Origin: Macrostomum lignano
Taxonomy: Eukaryota
Reading direction: 5' to 3'
Assembly (NCBI GenBank): GCA_002269645.1
Contig: NIVC01001117.1
Coordinates: 45,670-109,669, forward strand
DNA: 64,000 nucleotides
Of this stretch, positions 34,675 to 45,470 are shown piece after piece. The position numbers and the translations under genes are program-made. The number at the start of each line of letters is the position of its first letter. The stretch's first letter is position 1. The notes under the pieces were generated by a model, which was not told the DNA's origin, did not search any database, and saw nothing but the letters and a program-made list of their open reading frames with translations.

Positions 34675-36177
34675 ATGCCTTTTACAGCAGCCGCCGCCAG
34701 ACCAGCCGCTCGCATCGCAATTGTAGGCGCTGGCATTGCAGGCCTGTCAGCCGCCAGCACCCTGGCTCGGCTGGCAGCGGCCGCCAACCGTCAGCCGCTA
34801 GAGATCTGGCTGTTGGACAAGTCCGACCGGCCAGGCGGTTGGGTGCGCACCGCCACTGACTCGGCCGGCTGCGTGTACGAACTGGGACCCAGGACTATAC
34901 GCGGGGCGTCTCCGTCTGGCAGCTACCTGCTGGACTTGGTGAGGCAGTCCGGCTTGAAGGACGAACTGGTGACCCTGACTACTAGCCATCCGGCAGCCGC
35001 TAGGCGTCTGGTTGCCATCGACAACCAGCTGACAACTGTCGGTCAGCTATTGGCTAAGAATTTGGTATCATCTAAGCCGCCATTTCAGCGCTCTCTGATT
35101 GGCTGGACGGCCAGCCAATGGCTAGCTGGCCAATGGCCGCCTAAGCCTCTAGCCGAAGGCACGGACCAATCATTAGACGAATTCGCCAGGTCCCGGCTAG
35201 GGCCCGACCTGACCGACTATCTGCTCGACCCGCTGACCCGCGGCGTGTTTGCCGGCCGACTCTCCGACCTGGGCGTCGCTGCCGCTTTCCCGCATCTGCC
35301 CGAAGCTGAACGACGCCGCGGCAGCCTCCTGCTGGGCTTGCTAGCTCCGGGCGCATCCAAATCGCCGCCGGACCCGTTGCTAGGCGACCGGTGCGCTGTC
35401 TGGTCGCTGAAACGCGGCCTCGGATCCCTGGCCGAGGCGTGCCTAGACAAGCTCCGTCAGGACGCCAACGTTCGCTGCCGTTTCGGCTCGGCCGTTGAAA
35501 GCCTTCGCCGATTGGCCGACGGTCGAATCGGACTCCGGCTGAGCACCACGAAGGACGTATCTGGCGAGGCCAGCTTCGATGGCGTCATCCTCTGCGTGCC
35601 TGCCTTCTCCGCCGCCAGACTGTGGCCGGAGCGGCTCGGCCGGCTGACTCCGGAGCTGTCCAGCCTGCCCTGGGTCAGTCTGGCCATTGTCAGCCTGCTG
35701 TACAATGGCAACCCGGTGCCGGAGCCCGCTTTCGGTCATCTGGTGCCTTCGGGTGCCTCCGGCGGGGAGCCCGCTGTGCTCGGTGTGGTGTACGATTCGT
35801 GCCTGTTCCCGGACAGGCAGCCGGCCGGATCGGCCAGGCTCACCTGCATGCTCGGCGGCGCCTGGTACCATCGAATAGCCGGGCTGAGCTCGGACAGTCT
35901 CATCCGATTGGCTGTTAATCACGTGACCGCCTGTCTGGGCCCCTCGGCCTCCAGGCCTGTCGCGGCCGACTGTCGCCTGCTAACGAACTGCATACCGCAG
36001 TACCCGGTGGGACACGTCGGACAGGTGGCCGATTGGCGAGACGGACTGGCCGGGGCTGGAGCGCCGATTCTACTGGCTGGCGCGTCCTACGACGGCGTCT
36101 CCGTGCCCGACTGCGCCAGGAGCGGCGCCCAGCAGGCCAAGGAGTGCCTGCGGCTGCTGCGCCTGCTGCCGCACTGA
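34675..36177 (+). CDS. PPOX: Protoporphyrinogen oxidase (HemY type), intronless, 500 aa
   Basis: IVGAGIAGL FAD motif, RPGGW, YELGPRTIR, RGVFAG, GFGHLVP-like AFGHLVP, CIPQYPVGH, GASYDGVSVPDC. Confidence 0.95.
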   Translation: MPFTAAAARPAARIAIVGAGIAGLSAASTLARLAAAANRQPLEIWLLDKSDRPGGWVRTATDSAGCVYELGPRTIRGASPSGSYLLDLVRQSGLKDELVTLTTSHPAAARRLVAIDNQLTTVGQLLAKNLVSSKPPFQRSLIGWTASQWLAGQWPPKPLAEGTDQSLDEFARSRLGPDLTDYLLDPLTRGVFAGRLSDLGVAAAFPHLPEAERRRGSLLLGLLAPGASKSPPDPLLGDRCAVWSLKRGLGSLAEACLDKLRQDANVRCRFGSAVESLRRLADGRIGLRLSTTKDVSGEASFDGVILCVPAFSAARLWPERLGRLTPELSSLPWVSLAIVSLLYNGNPVPEPAFGHLVPSGASGGEPAVLGVVYDSCLFPDRQPAGSARLTCMLGGAWYHRIAGLSSDSLIRLAVNHVTACLGPSASRPVAADCRLLTNCIPQYPVGHVGQVADWRDGLAGAGAPILLAGASYDGVSVPDCARSGAQQAKECLRLLRLLPH

Positions 36178-36329
36178 GTGATGAAGCTGACTTGATGACA
36201 GGATCTGCTTGAATGGGGATCAGGATCAGGATTGGGAAGGCCTGAAAGGAATCAGTACTCTCGTATTTTGGGGTTCAAGATTGGTACGAGCGTATTAGGA
36301 TTTTAGGATCAGCCCATAGTCTTGGGGTG

Positions 36330-38050
36330 TGATCAGGATTGGGATGGGGATCAGGATTGGGATGGGGAACAGGATTGGGATGGGGAACAGGATTGGGATG
36401 GGGATTGCGAAGGGGATCAGGGTTGGGGATGGGGATAAATGTTGGAATGGAGATCAGAATTAGAATGTGAATCAAAATTAAGATAGGGATCAGGATTGAG
36501 GTGGGATTCAAGATTGAGATGGGAATCAAAATTAAGATAGGGATCAGGATTGAGATGGGATTCAAGATTGAGATGGGGATCAGGATTGAGATGGGATTCA
36601 AGATTGAGATGGGAATCAAAACTAAGATAGGGATCAGGATTGAGATGGGATTCAAGATTGAGATGGGAATCAAAACTAAGATAGGGATCAGGATTGAGAT
36701 GGGATTCAAGATTAAGATAGGGATCAGGATTGAGATGGGATTCAAGATTGAGATGGGAATCAAAACTAAGATAGGGATCAGGATTGAGATGGGAATCAAA
36801 ATTAAGATAGGGATCAGGATTGAGATGGGATTCAAGATTGAGATGGGAATCAAAACTAAGATAGGGATCAGGATTGAGATGGGATTCAAGATTAAGATAG
36901 GGATCATGATTGAGATGGGAATCAAAACTAAGATAGGGATCAGGATTGAGATGGGATTCAAGATTGAGATGGGAATCAAAATTAAGATAGGGATCAGGAT
37001 TGAGATGGGATTCAAGATTGAGATGGGAATCAAAACTAAGATAGGGATCAGGATTGAGATGGGATTCAAGATTAAGATAGGGATCAGGATTGAGATGGGA
37101 TTCAAGATTAAGATGGGAATCAAAACTAAGATAGGGATCAGGATTGAGATGGGAATCAAGATTAAGATGGGAATCAAAACTAAGATAGGGATCAGGATTG
37201 AGATGGGATTCAAGATTAAGATGGGAATCAAAACTAAGATAGGGATCAGGATTGAGATGGGATTCAAGATTAAGATGGGAATCAAAACTAAGATAGGGAT
37301 CAGGATTGAGATGGGATTCAAGATTAAGATGGGAATCAAAACTAAGAAAGGGATCAGGATTGAGATGGGAATCAAGATTAAGATAGGGATCAGGATTGAG
37401 ATGGGAATCAAAATTAAGATAGGGATCAGGATTGAGATGGGATTCAAGATTAAGATGGGAATCAAAACTAAGATAGGGATCAGGATTGAGATGGGAATCA
37501 AGATTAAGATGGGAATCAAAACTAAGAAAGGGATCAGGATTGAGATGGGATTCAAGATTAAGATGGGAATCAAAATTAAGATAGGGATCAGGATTGAGAT
37601 GGGATTCAAGATTAAGATGGGAATCAAAATTAAGATAGGGATCAGGATTGAGATGGGATTCAAGATTAAGATGGGAATCAAAACTAAGAAAGGGATCAGG
37701 ATTGAGATGGGATTCAAGATTAAGATGGGAATCAAAATTAAGATAGGGATCAGGATTGAGATGGGATTCAAGATTAAGATGGGAATCAAAACTAAGATAG
37801 GAATCAGGATTGAGATGGGAATCAAGATTGAGATGGGGATCAGGATTGAGATGGGGGATCAGGATTGAGATGGGGATCAGGATTGAGATGGGGATCAGGA
37901 TTGAGATGGGGGATCAGGATTGAGATAGGGATCAGAATTGGGATGGAGAGCATAATGAAGTGGGGATCAGAATGAGGTGGGATCAGGATAAGGGTGGTGA
38001 TTGGGATTAATATTGAGGTGATGATTGGGATTGGGATTGAGATGGGGATC
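36330..38050. repeat. 18-bp monomer minisatellite with about 54-bp higher-order organisation
   Basis: Monomers gatagggatcaggattga, gatgggattcaagattga, gatgggaatcaaaactaa recur in order; source of the 516-aa and 455-aa ORFs. Confidence 0.95.
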
Positions 38051-38528
38051 TGGTGATTAAGATTTGGATTGAGATGCGTATGGAAAATAAGATTCTTAAG
38101 GGTTTTTAAAATAGGAAATTTTATCGTCACAATCTGCTACTCTGTTGTGTTTAGCGTATTCTATAATATAGGCTATTAATTATTAACCCATTCTTTGGCA
38201 TTTTCCTATTTACCTTGAATATTCTCTCATTGGCTCATCACTTCATTTGCGTTAAAACGATAACAAAAAAGTCATGCATTTTATGGTCATTATTGCCGCT
38301 TGCAGCTCAATGTGTGTGTCTAGAATTACTAATCACATAGAACTTCGTTTAGCCATTTTGATGATAACTATAGTTCATTTTAGATTTGTGCCATTTTGTA
38401 ACTCCTAACATTTACAGAATTGTGTATATCGCTGACTTACTTGACTTAGCTGCAGGGCTGTCCCGGAGGGGACACAGCGGGAAGGCGCGGGCGCCCATTC
38501 CGCTAGTCCCTGAACGGCCGACGCGTCG

Positions 38529-41500
38529 CTATGGACGGAGGGTTGGCGCCGCCCAGGGAGGTCCACCAGTGTCGCCAGCAGCTATGGTGCTCTCTGGAAA
38601 GGAGAGTTCAGCCCTGCGGGTGGCCCGAAGGTAGCGCATGAGCTGATTAAAGTTTTCGGGTTTGCACGCTTCAGTAATAGATGTGTGTAGCCCGAGGTAA
38701 GTGAGTCTGGCCCGCGTGAAGGCGGGACAGATGCTGACGAAATGCTCAGCGGTTTCGTCACCTGAGTTGCAGAAACTACAGGTGGCGTTGGTGGCGTTGC
38801 CCTGCAGGTACTGGTGCCTGGAGAAGCAGCCGTGACCAGAGAGGGTCATGGTGGCAGCCCGGATGTCTCTGCGCGAGAGGCGCAAGAGGAGCTTCCGGAG
38901 CTGGTGAGAGGGCTGAGGGACAGCGCCTCTGGATTGCCTGCAGTTCGTGCGGTTCGCCCAAGTCGAGCGGTGCTGAGTCCTGATCCACGCTTTGATGCGC
39001 GAGTCGATGACACAGCCAGGAATCGGGACAAGAGGTTCGGGGCCGAGAGAGGAGCCGGAGGCACCAACTTTTGCAAGGGTGTCAGCCAACTCATTTCCTC
39101 GGATCCCCACATGCCCCGGAACCCACTTAAGGGTAATTTTGTTGGCGGAACCCAACACATTGAGGAGTTTGATACAGTCAAGGACTGTAGCAGAGTTGGT
39201 GCTGCAGCCACTGATGGCGTGCAAGGCAGCTTGGCTGTCCGAATGGAAAATGATGTTCTTACCAGTAACGCCAGTGGCGAGAAGCTCTGCAGTGCAGGAG
39301 CTGATGGCCAGAACTTCATTTTGGAAAACACTGGAGTTGACCCCAGTGTATTGAGCGTGGGTAGCGATGACCCTCCCGTTCAGAAAGATTCCAACACCAA
39401 AGCCGGTGTTGGCTGACTGCTTAGAACCGTCGGTGTAGCAATGAAGCTCACCAGGGTTCCAATGGTCATTGATGTTATCGCGCGAGTCGATAGCTACGGA
39501 GTAGCGCTGTCTCAGGTTGAGCGTTGAGGCAATGCCATCGGTGAAGACGCGATTGGCCTGACACTCGTTGAGAAAGTTGAGGCACAGATCGCTATGCGGG
39601 ACAAGGTTCCGCTTAGCAGGTGCTCTCATGTAAATGAATTTGACGCCGGCATCAATTAGACGCCGCGTCGTTCTAGCCGCCTCACCCCTGATGAAGAGGT
39701 CAAGAGGCGGAAGATTAAGAAAGGCCCCCATGCCAGCAAAGGGCGTGGACCTGGTGGCGTTGCAGATGAGCCTACACGCTCTGCCTTGGATCGTGTTGAG
39801 CAGGTCTGCATGGCTTTTGACCTGGGTAGCGCTAACCCAGACAACAGAGGCGTACGTAATGGCAGGTCTAACTACGGAAGTATAGATCCACCAAAGCCGC
39901 TTTGGGGATAGACCCCAAGAAGTGCCAAGTGCTCGTCGGAGCTGGGCCAGGATGGCTGAGGCACGCTTAGCTTTTGCTTTCACGTGGAAGGACCAGTTGA
40001 GCCGGTGGTCAAGTGTGACCCCGAGACATCTGGTCTGGTGCGCGAAGGCAATATCTCTGCCGTAGAGCTGCAGAGGACGTATGTTCCAGCGTAGTCTGCT
40101 GGTAAACATAATGGCAACGGTTTTGGGCTCAGAGAGTTCCAAACCATTGTCATTGGCCCAGGATTCTGCTTTGCGGATAAAGCTCTGCATCAGATCCCTG
40201 AGCGTGCTGGGAGACGGTCCTGCCACAATGGCCGTGACGTCATCAGCATACCCGACTTTGAAGACGGGGTCAGGTCGGGAGTCACTCAGAAGAGCGTCCA
40301 TGACCAGGTTCCAGAGCGTCGGGGTGAGGACTCCGCCTTGGGGTCCACCCTTACAGACTCTGGTGGAGGCAGTTTGCCCAAGAAGTTGGGCAGTGACCGT
40401 ACGGTTGGAGATCATGTACATGATCCACCGTATGAGGGTAGCATGAGCTTTGCGATTTTGAAGGGCCCTCTGAAACGCTTCAAAGATAACGTTGTCGAAG
40501 GCGCCAACAATGTCAAGAAAGAGAGCCAGGGCGTAACCGTCACCCAGTACCGCCCGTTCAATCTTTTCGACAATCGCATGCAGGGCGCTGTCAGTCGACC
40601 TCCCGGTACGGAAGGCGTGCTGATTATTGCTGAGGGGCATCGCTGTCAGCTCGCAGGAGAGCAGCCGCCAGAGAATAAGCCTCTCAGTGAGCTTAAGCAT
40701 TGCTGACGTTAAGCTAATTGGCCGGAAGGCCTTGACGCTTTGGTAGTCACCCTTCCCAGGTTTGGGAATAAAGACTACTCGAGCTTCAGTCCAGCTTTTG
40801 GGAACGTATCCCAGCTGGATAGAGGCCCGCATAAGATTGCGGGTGAGTCTCAGGAACGAGGGTATCTTGGCTGCTTCACGAAGGAGAACAGGGTAGATAC
40901 CATCAGGTCCAGGAGATTTGAAGGGTTTGAAGGTTCTGACCGCACGAGCGATTAGGTCTTCAGTGACAATGCCCGCCGCTAGGGTGGCTCCATCCATCGA
41001 ATGGTTGGGCTCCGGTCTAGCAGTAGGTACCCTCGGGAAGAATGTGCTAAGCATATGCTGAAGCACTTCTTCAGGGTCTTTAGTAAGAGAGCCATCATCT
41101 TTTTTGATCATGGCTAATTTGGACATTTTGTCCATTGTAAGGGCCTTGACAAGCCTAGAAGTAGGTCTGTCTTGATCCAATTCATTGCAGAATTGGCGCC
41201 ACTTACATTCCTTGGCCTTGCGCACTTCAGATTTGAAATTGCGGGAGGCTTGCCGGAAAAGCTCCATGTCCTCCGGGTTTCCGGTCTTCATGGCACGGCG
41301 ATGAAGGCTTTTGGCCTTCCGCCTGAGTTTCCCCAGCTCCGGGTTCCACCACGGCGCCGAGGTCTTGCCTCTGTAGGCGCGAGCAGGACAAGCCGCTTCG
41401 TAGGCTGCAATAATGCAACCTGTCAGCGTCTCAGCCATATGATCCACATCCTCGCAGGTCTCAATCGGACGTAAGTCCGTGAGTTCCTGCAGGTGCAGAT

Positions 41501-42269
41501 CAAGGGCAGCCTTGTAGGCCGCCCAATCAGTGTTGCGGATATTGCGTCTCCAAGTGATCGGAGACTGGGTTTTAGTGTCCGCGATATTAAAGGCAATAAA
41601 GCAGTGGTCAGACAGGGAGGGCTCCTCAGACCAGACTCTCCACTCCTTGACTCTGTCAAAGAGTCTTGGGGTAACGAGTGTGGCGTCGAGGACCTCGGTC
41701 CATCTGCCATTATTAAAGGTAGGAGTGCTGCCGCGGTTGCAGAGCATGAGGTTTGTGTTAGAGATGAGGGCCAGAAGCTCCTCTCCTCTAGTGTTGGTAT
41801 CTTTGCTGCCCCAGTGCTTGTGGTGCGCGTTGAGGTCGCCCCCTAAGCACAGCTCAGCGTTCTGGGACTCGCAGTACTGCGCAAGGCGCAGTAAACTCTC
41901 GGGAGCAGGGTCTCTGTCGCCTGGGATATAAACCGAGGCAACAAGACACGTACGCGGAGAGAAATGATTAGATTGGATGACGCAAAGGTCTCCATCAGAG
42001 AGATCAGTCCTCAGCCAAGCCTGGAGATGGCTAGCAGCGAGGATAGCCGCTCTAGGGCGGCTGTTCCCCGGGCCACACACATAAAAATCAGAGTAGCCAG
42101 AGGGAATGTTGGGCAACTTACCGTTGCGCATCCAGGGTTCCTGGATCAGGATGAGGCCTGGCCTGTACAGCTCAGCAATCTTCATCAGATTTACTGACGC
42201 AGATACGCAATGCTGTAAATTTATTTGCAGACAGAATGTCGCTCCTTTGGCAGCGTGGAGCTTAGTCAT
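38529..42269 (-). CDS. LINE ORF2: APE endonuclease, reverse transcriptase, RNase H, CCHC (1246 aa)
   Basis: QINLQH, IQEPW, GDLNAH, SDH (APE); FRPISL, PQGGVL, YADD (RT); YTDGSK, SDSQAAL, WVPGHVGIRGNELAD (RNase H); CSFC..ETAEHFVSIC. Confidence 0.97.
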   Translation of the reverse strand: MTKLHAAKGATFCLQINLQHCVSASVNLMKIAELYRPGLILIQEPWMRNGKLPNIPSGYSDFYVCGPGNSRPRAAILAASHLQAWLRTDLSDGDLCVIQSNHFSPRTCLVASVYIPGDRDPAPESLLRLAQYCESQNAELCLGGDLNAHHKHWGSKDTNTRGEELLALISNTNLMLCNRGSTPTFNNGRWTEVLDATLVTPRLFDRVKEWRVWSEEPSLSDHCFIAFNIADTKTQSPITWRRNIRNTDWAAYKAALDLHLQELTDLRPIETCEDVDHMAETLTGCIIAAYEAACPARAYRGKTSAPWWNPELGKLRRKAKSLHRRAMKTGNPEDMELFRQASRNFKSEVRKAKECKWRQFCNELDQDRPTSRLVKALTMDKMSKLAMIKKDDGSLTKDPEEVLQHMLSTFFPRVPTARPEPNHSMDGATLAAGIVTEDLIARAVRTFKPFKSPGPDGIYPVLLREAAKIPSFLRLTRNLMRASIQLGYVPKSWTEARVVFIPKPGKGDYQSVKAFRPISLTSAMLKLTERLILWRLLSCELTAMPLSNNQHAFRTGRSTDSALHAIVEKIERAVLGDGYALALFLDIVGAFDNVIFEAFQRALQNRKAHATLIRWIMYMISNRTVTAQLLGQTASTRVCKGGPQGGVLTPTLWNLVMDALLSDSRPDPVFKVGYADDVTAIVAGPSPSTLRDLMQSFIRKAESWANDNGLELSEPKTVAIMFTSRLRWNIRPLQLYGRDIAFAHQTRCLGVTLDHRLNWSFHVKAKAKRASAILAQLRRALGTSWGLSPKRLWWIYTSVVRPAITYASVVWVSATQVKSHADLLNTIQGRACRLICNATRSTPFAGMGAFLNLPPLDLFIRGEAARTTRRLIDAGVKFIYMRAPAKRNLVPHSDLCLNFLNECQANRVFTDGIASTLNLRQRYSVAIDSRDNINDHWNPGELHCYTDGSKQSANTGFGVGIFLNGRVIATHAQYTGVNSSVFQNEVLAISSCTAELLATGVTGKNIIFHSDSQAALHAISGCSTNSATVLDCIKLLNVLGSANKITLKWVPGHVGIRGNELADTLAKVGASGSSLGPEPLVPIPGCVIDSRIKAWIRTQHRSTWANRTNCRQSRGAVPQPSHQLRKLLLRLSRRDIRAATMTLSGHGCFSRHQYLQGNATNATCSFCNSGDETAEHFVSICPAFTRARLTYLGLHTSITEACKPENFNQLMRYLRATRRAELSFPESTIAAGDTGGPPWAAPTLRP

Positions 42270-43812
42270 ACTGTATTAAATGCAATATCTGGCTAGAGCC
42301 CAGGGCATCAAGGAGACTTGGACAACAGATCGTCCTCGTCCCAGGCCGCTGGGGCTTGACTGGGAGATGGGAGTTGGTCGACGTCCATGGCCTCCTCACC
42401 CCCACCGGCCCCCCAGCAGACTCCTCAGGCTCCGATGACAGGATGGAGGAAGCTTCCTCACCTGCATCTTTACCTTCAGACCCCACCAAGGTGGCCGAGG
42501 AGAGCTCGGATTCCGAAGACCCGGCCTCGTCCTCAACTCCTTCTCCGACTGGCAGGTTTGGTTCCCGGGGCTCGGCCGGAGCCGTTACCGCGGTCGCCGA
42601 ACTGCTGCTAGCAGAGGGGCGAGATGCAGCTTTGGCTTTGGGATCGGCTTGCGCCTTTCCTTGGGCCTTAGACTGCGCCCCGCTCTTGCCGGAGATGCCG
42701 GGGTTGGCAGTAGCCTTCCCTTTGGCAGACTTTCCTCGGCGCAACTTGAGCTTGAGGGCACCCAGCTGGAAAGAGGATCCATTAGGGTACCGACTCGCCC
42801 AAGTGCTGGAAAGGCCGAGGACAATTGAGTTGCCCGTCTCCCCCCTGCGGACTTTACGGTGATACACCAGTCCACTAGCAGGGAGGTCGGGGTTCAGACG
42901 CAGTAGGACCCGGCGAATAACGTCTGGTCCAGCTGCGGTGCTCTTAGCAGGGACGAAAACCACATAGGGTATCGTCTTTGGACGCTGGCCCTCGCGAAGA
43001 AAAAGAGCTCCGCCAAGGTCAGCATCCAAGGAGACCGTCGGTAGCCGCTGGAGCAGCCGCCGAGCGTCCTCCTCGCTGCTAGGAGCAATAAGAACGAATG
43101 TGCTTCGCAGCACCATCCGCTCAACGCCGATGGAGATTCCCTCCTCGACAGTCAGCTCAATCAGATAGGAGTCAACAGCACTCCACACTTTTTGAAGCTG
43201 ATCAGTGGTCCAGTCCTGGTCGCGACCTTGGATGATCACTCCCGGGATTTTGGCCTTGGCCTTCGCCGCAAAGGTAGCTCCCGAAGGAACCTCCTTGTTG
43301 GCAGTGGCCATTTGTTGCGCCGTGGTTTCGGCCTCAGCAGCCGCGGCAGCAGCTCCAGGGAGCGCCGCCGCTGAACTACTGGAGCTTCCACCGGCCGGCC
43401 CGCCTGGTTGCCTTGGGACTCCAGTCGCTTCAGCATCCATGGTGGACGCCGCCGCTTTGGCCCCCGCAGCTCCCTTCTTGGCCTGCCTTTTGGCGCGTTG
43501 TTTAGCGCGTTTGCGCTCAAGCCGAGCCCGCTGAGCTTCATCGGATCTGCCAGATTTGGCCGGTCCTTTAGGCTCAGAGCTCGCGGTTCCCTTAGATCCA
43601 CCAGCGGAGCTGGCAGGTCTTAGGGTATTTTGAGTTTGGTAGCTCTGGTCGGATCTGCCAGCAGAGCCAGCCGGTCCTTCCTTTGCCACAGTTGAATCAG
43701 TCGGTTGGGATCTGTCAGCAGGGCCGGCCGGTCCTTCGGACTGAGGTTGGGGTTTAGAAGGGTCCCCATCCCTAGAAATAGCTTGTTTATCCATAGTCGG
43801 CTCGAAGGCCAT
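42262..43812 (-). CDS. LINE ORF1 (gag-like, DUF4780-like core)
   Basis: Open frame upstream of ORF2; first ATG MAFEPTMDKQ near 43812; stop overlaps the ORF2 start (ATGACTAA). DUF4780 resemblance is from recall. Confidence 0.8.
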   Translation of the reverse strand: MAFEPTMDKQAISRDGDPSKPQPQSEGPAGPADRSQPTDSTVAKEGPAGSAGRSDQSYQTQNTLRPASSAGGSKGTASSEPKGPAKSGRSDEAQRARLERKRAKQRAKRQAKKGAAGAKAAASTMDAEATGVPRQPGGPAGGSSSSSAAALPGAAAAAAEAETTAQQMATANKEVPSGATFAAKAKAKIPGVIIQGRDQDWTTDQLQKVWSAVDSYLIELTVEEGISIGVERMVLRSTFVLIAPSSEEDARRLLQRLPTVSLDADLGGALFLREGQRPKTIPYVVFVPAKSTAAGPDVIRRVLLRLNPDLPASGLVYHRKVRRGETGNSIVLGLSSTWASRYPNGSSFQLGALKLKLRRGKSAKGKATANPGISGKSGAQSKAQGKAQADPKAKAASRPSASSSSATAVTAPAEPREPNLPVGEGVEDEAGSSESELSSATLVGSEGKDAGEEASSILSSEPEESAGGPVGVRRPWTSTNSHLPVKPQRPGTRTICCPSLLDALGSSQILHLIQYD

Positions 43813-44606
43813 GATAAAAGGTTGGTGGGCTACCCTCAAAGGGGCGCGGTACCCACCCGGCCGCTCCACCTGACCGGGCAGTAGGCCAATAGCACCCTCA
43901 AGGCTGGCCCGACACCAGGAGGGGGACCGCTTGCGACCGGACTACTCCCCGGCCTCCCAGCCCATCGGCACGGTCAACACCTTAGGCATTAGAGAGTACG
44001 TTGAGCAGTACCACGGCCTGCAGGTTGGCGAGCCAGACCCGCATACCCAAATTCGGCCGAAGCCACTGGATAGGGTCGCCAGCGCCGGAGCCCAGTCTGT
44101 CCAGCAGCCCTAGGGACTGCCTTGAACACACGCGGGGACGAGTACCCTGGGTCGACTTGCGAGACAGCGTGGGGGGGGGTCTGCGGCTGCCAGAGGCAAA
44201 TAGAGGGTGCAGACCTCCCACCAGCCTTGACCTGCTGAAGATAGGGGCAGGCGTGAAGCATCGCAGACCTTAGCCCATGGGCCTAGTCTGTCTCATACTT
44301 CACTGGCATGCTGAATACGCCTTCGCGTGCTATATCGCTGATTGTGTGCATAATTAGTCTCTAACTAAACAAAAATATACGGAATATTTACACCATTATT
44401 AGTTATGCTTGTAAATACATATTCATTGTAATAGTTTTGTCAATTTCAGTATCAAAAACCTTTTCTATCTACTGTTGAAAATTAAGTAGTGTATTGCCGA
44501 ATTCCTTCGTGTTTTTTTCTGTAAAAAATAGACTATATAAAAGCTCATACTTGCTACTTTGAAAAAAAAGTTGTGCAAATCGTTTTCTCGGTATTTTTTA
44601 TTACAG

Positions 44607-45059
44607 GAGACGAGACAAGCAATCCGCTGGCTACCAACGTTTCTGGCCTTTGTAGGCTTCTGGTATCTGCTCTGCCTCATTGTGGGCAGACGCGCCACCT
44701 ATAGTTTTGCCACCGTCTCCAGTCACCATGGCAACTATTCAGTTGTTTACATTACAACACCCTCATCTGACGAAGCCGAAAGTTTAGCTAGCGCTCTAGT
44801 GGCTAAAGAATTGGCCGCCTGCGTTAACGTGCTGCCCAGCGTCACCTCCGTGTACGGCTGGGAAGGTCAGGTGCGCAAGGATCCGGAATCGTTAATGATT
44901 GTAAAAACCCGGTTAGCTCTGTTGCCGGAACTGGCTGACTATGTTGCGTCAAATCATCCGTATAGTGTACCGGAAGTGCTGGCTGTTCCAGTGATTGGCG
45001 GCTTGTCAAAATACCTGGACTGGGTTCACAGGGCTACTGGCGGTCTGCGGCCCTCTTGA
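44607..45059 (+). CDS. CUTA: CutA divalent-cation tolerance family protein; exon lacks its own start codon
   Basis: VVYITTPS..LVAKELAACVNVLPSVTSVYGWEG..ESLMIVKT..HPYSVPEVLAVP..YLDWV; strong acceptor tttttattacag| at 44606, phase 0. Confidence 0.9.
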   Translation, partial: ETRQAIRWLPTFLAFVGFWYLLCLIVGRRATYSFATVSSHHGNYSVVYITTPSSDEAESLASALVAKELAACVNVLPSVTSVYGWEGQVRKDPESLMIVKTRLALLPELADYVASNHPYSVPEVLAVPVIGGLSKYLDWVHRATGGLRPS

Positions 45060-45334
45060 TTTTATGAGTGTGTACCCCACAGATAAAACAATAACTGGAT
45101 ATGTCACCCGCAAAAATGCATTTATCTACTCTTTGAGTAAGTTTTCAATCCTACAAGACTATTAAAGTTTTTTAAGCTGCAACGATCGTCTCTGGCTTTT
45201 TACAAGCAGACCCACTAAATTAGCATCTTCACCCTGGTTGAAGCTGCACCCAAATCTAGTGCGTGTTCACAGCGGGCAAGAGAGAAAAGTTGGTGGTGAC
45301 CCAGCCGGCCAGTCAGGCCGATAACCGGTTAGCT

Positions 45335-45470
45335 AATTTTGACCTCTCTCTTTACTACTCTCTCATTGGCTGAGCCAAATTGGGTCTGTCTCCCCAGGCT
45401 GAAGTTTCGTCCGTCTAACTTTTGCCTCTCTCCTTACTGCTCTCTCATTGGCTGAGCCAGATTGGGCCTC
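45335..45470. promoter_or_regulatory. Duplicated about 50-bp element containing inverted CCAAT boxes (ctcattggctgagcca..attggg)
   Basis: Two direct copies near 45338-45385 and 45419-45467; function unproven. Confidence 0.35.

Larger units (their letters stand above)
38436..44330 (-). mobile_element. Full-length, apparently intact non-LTR retrotransposon, LOA/R1 group with RNase H (5895 bp)
   Basis: 11-bp TSD tatatcgctga at 38425-38435 and 44331-44341; two uninterrupted ORFs; 3' tail taagtcaagtaag. Confidence 0.92.

Noticed and set aside
36275-37868. 516-aa and 455-aa ORFs on opposite strands
   Set aside because: Both arise from the 18-bp array
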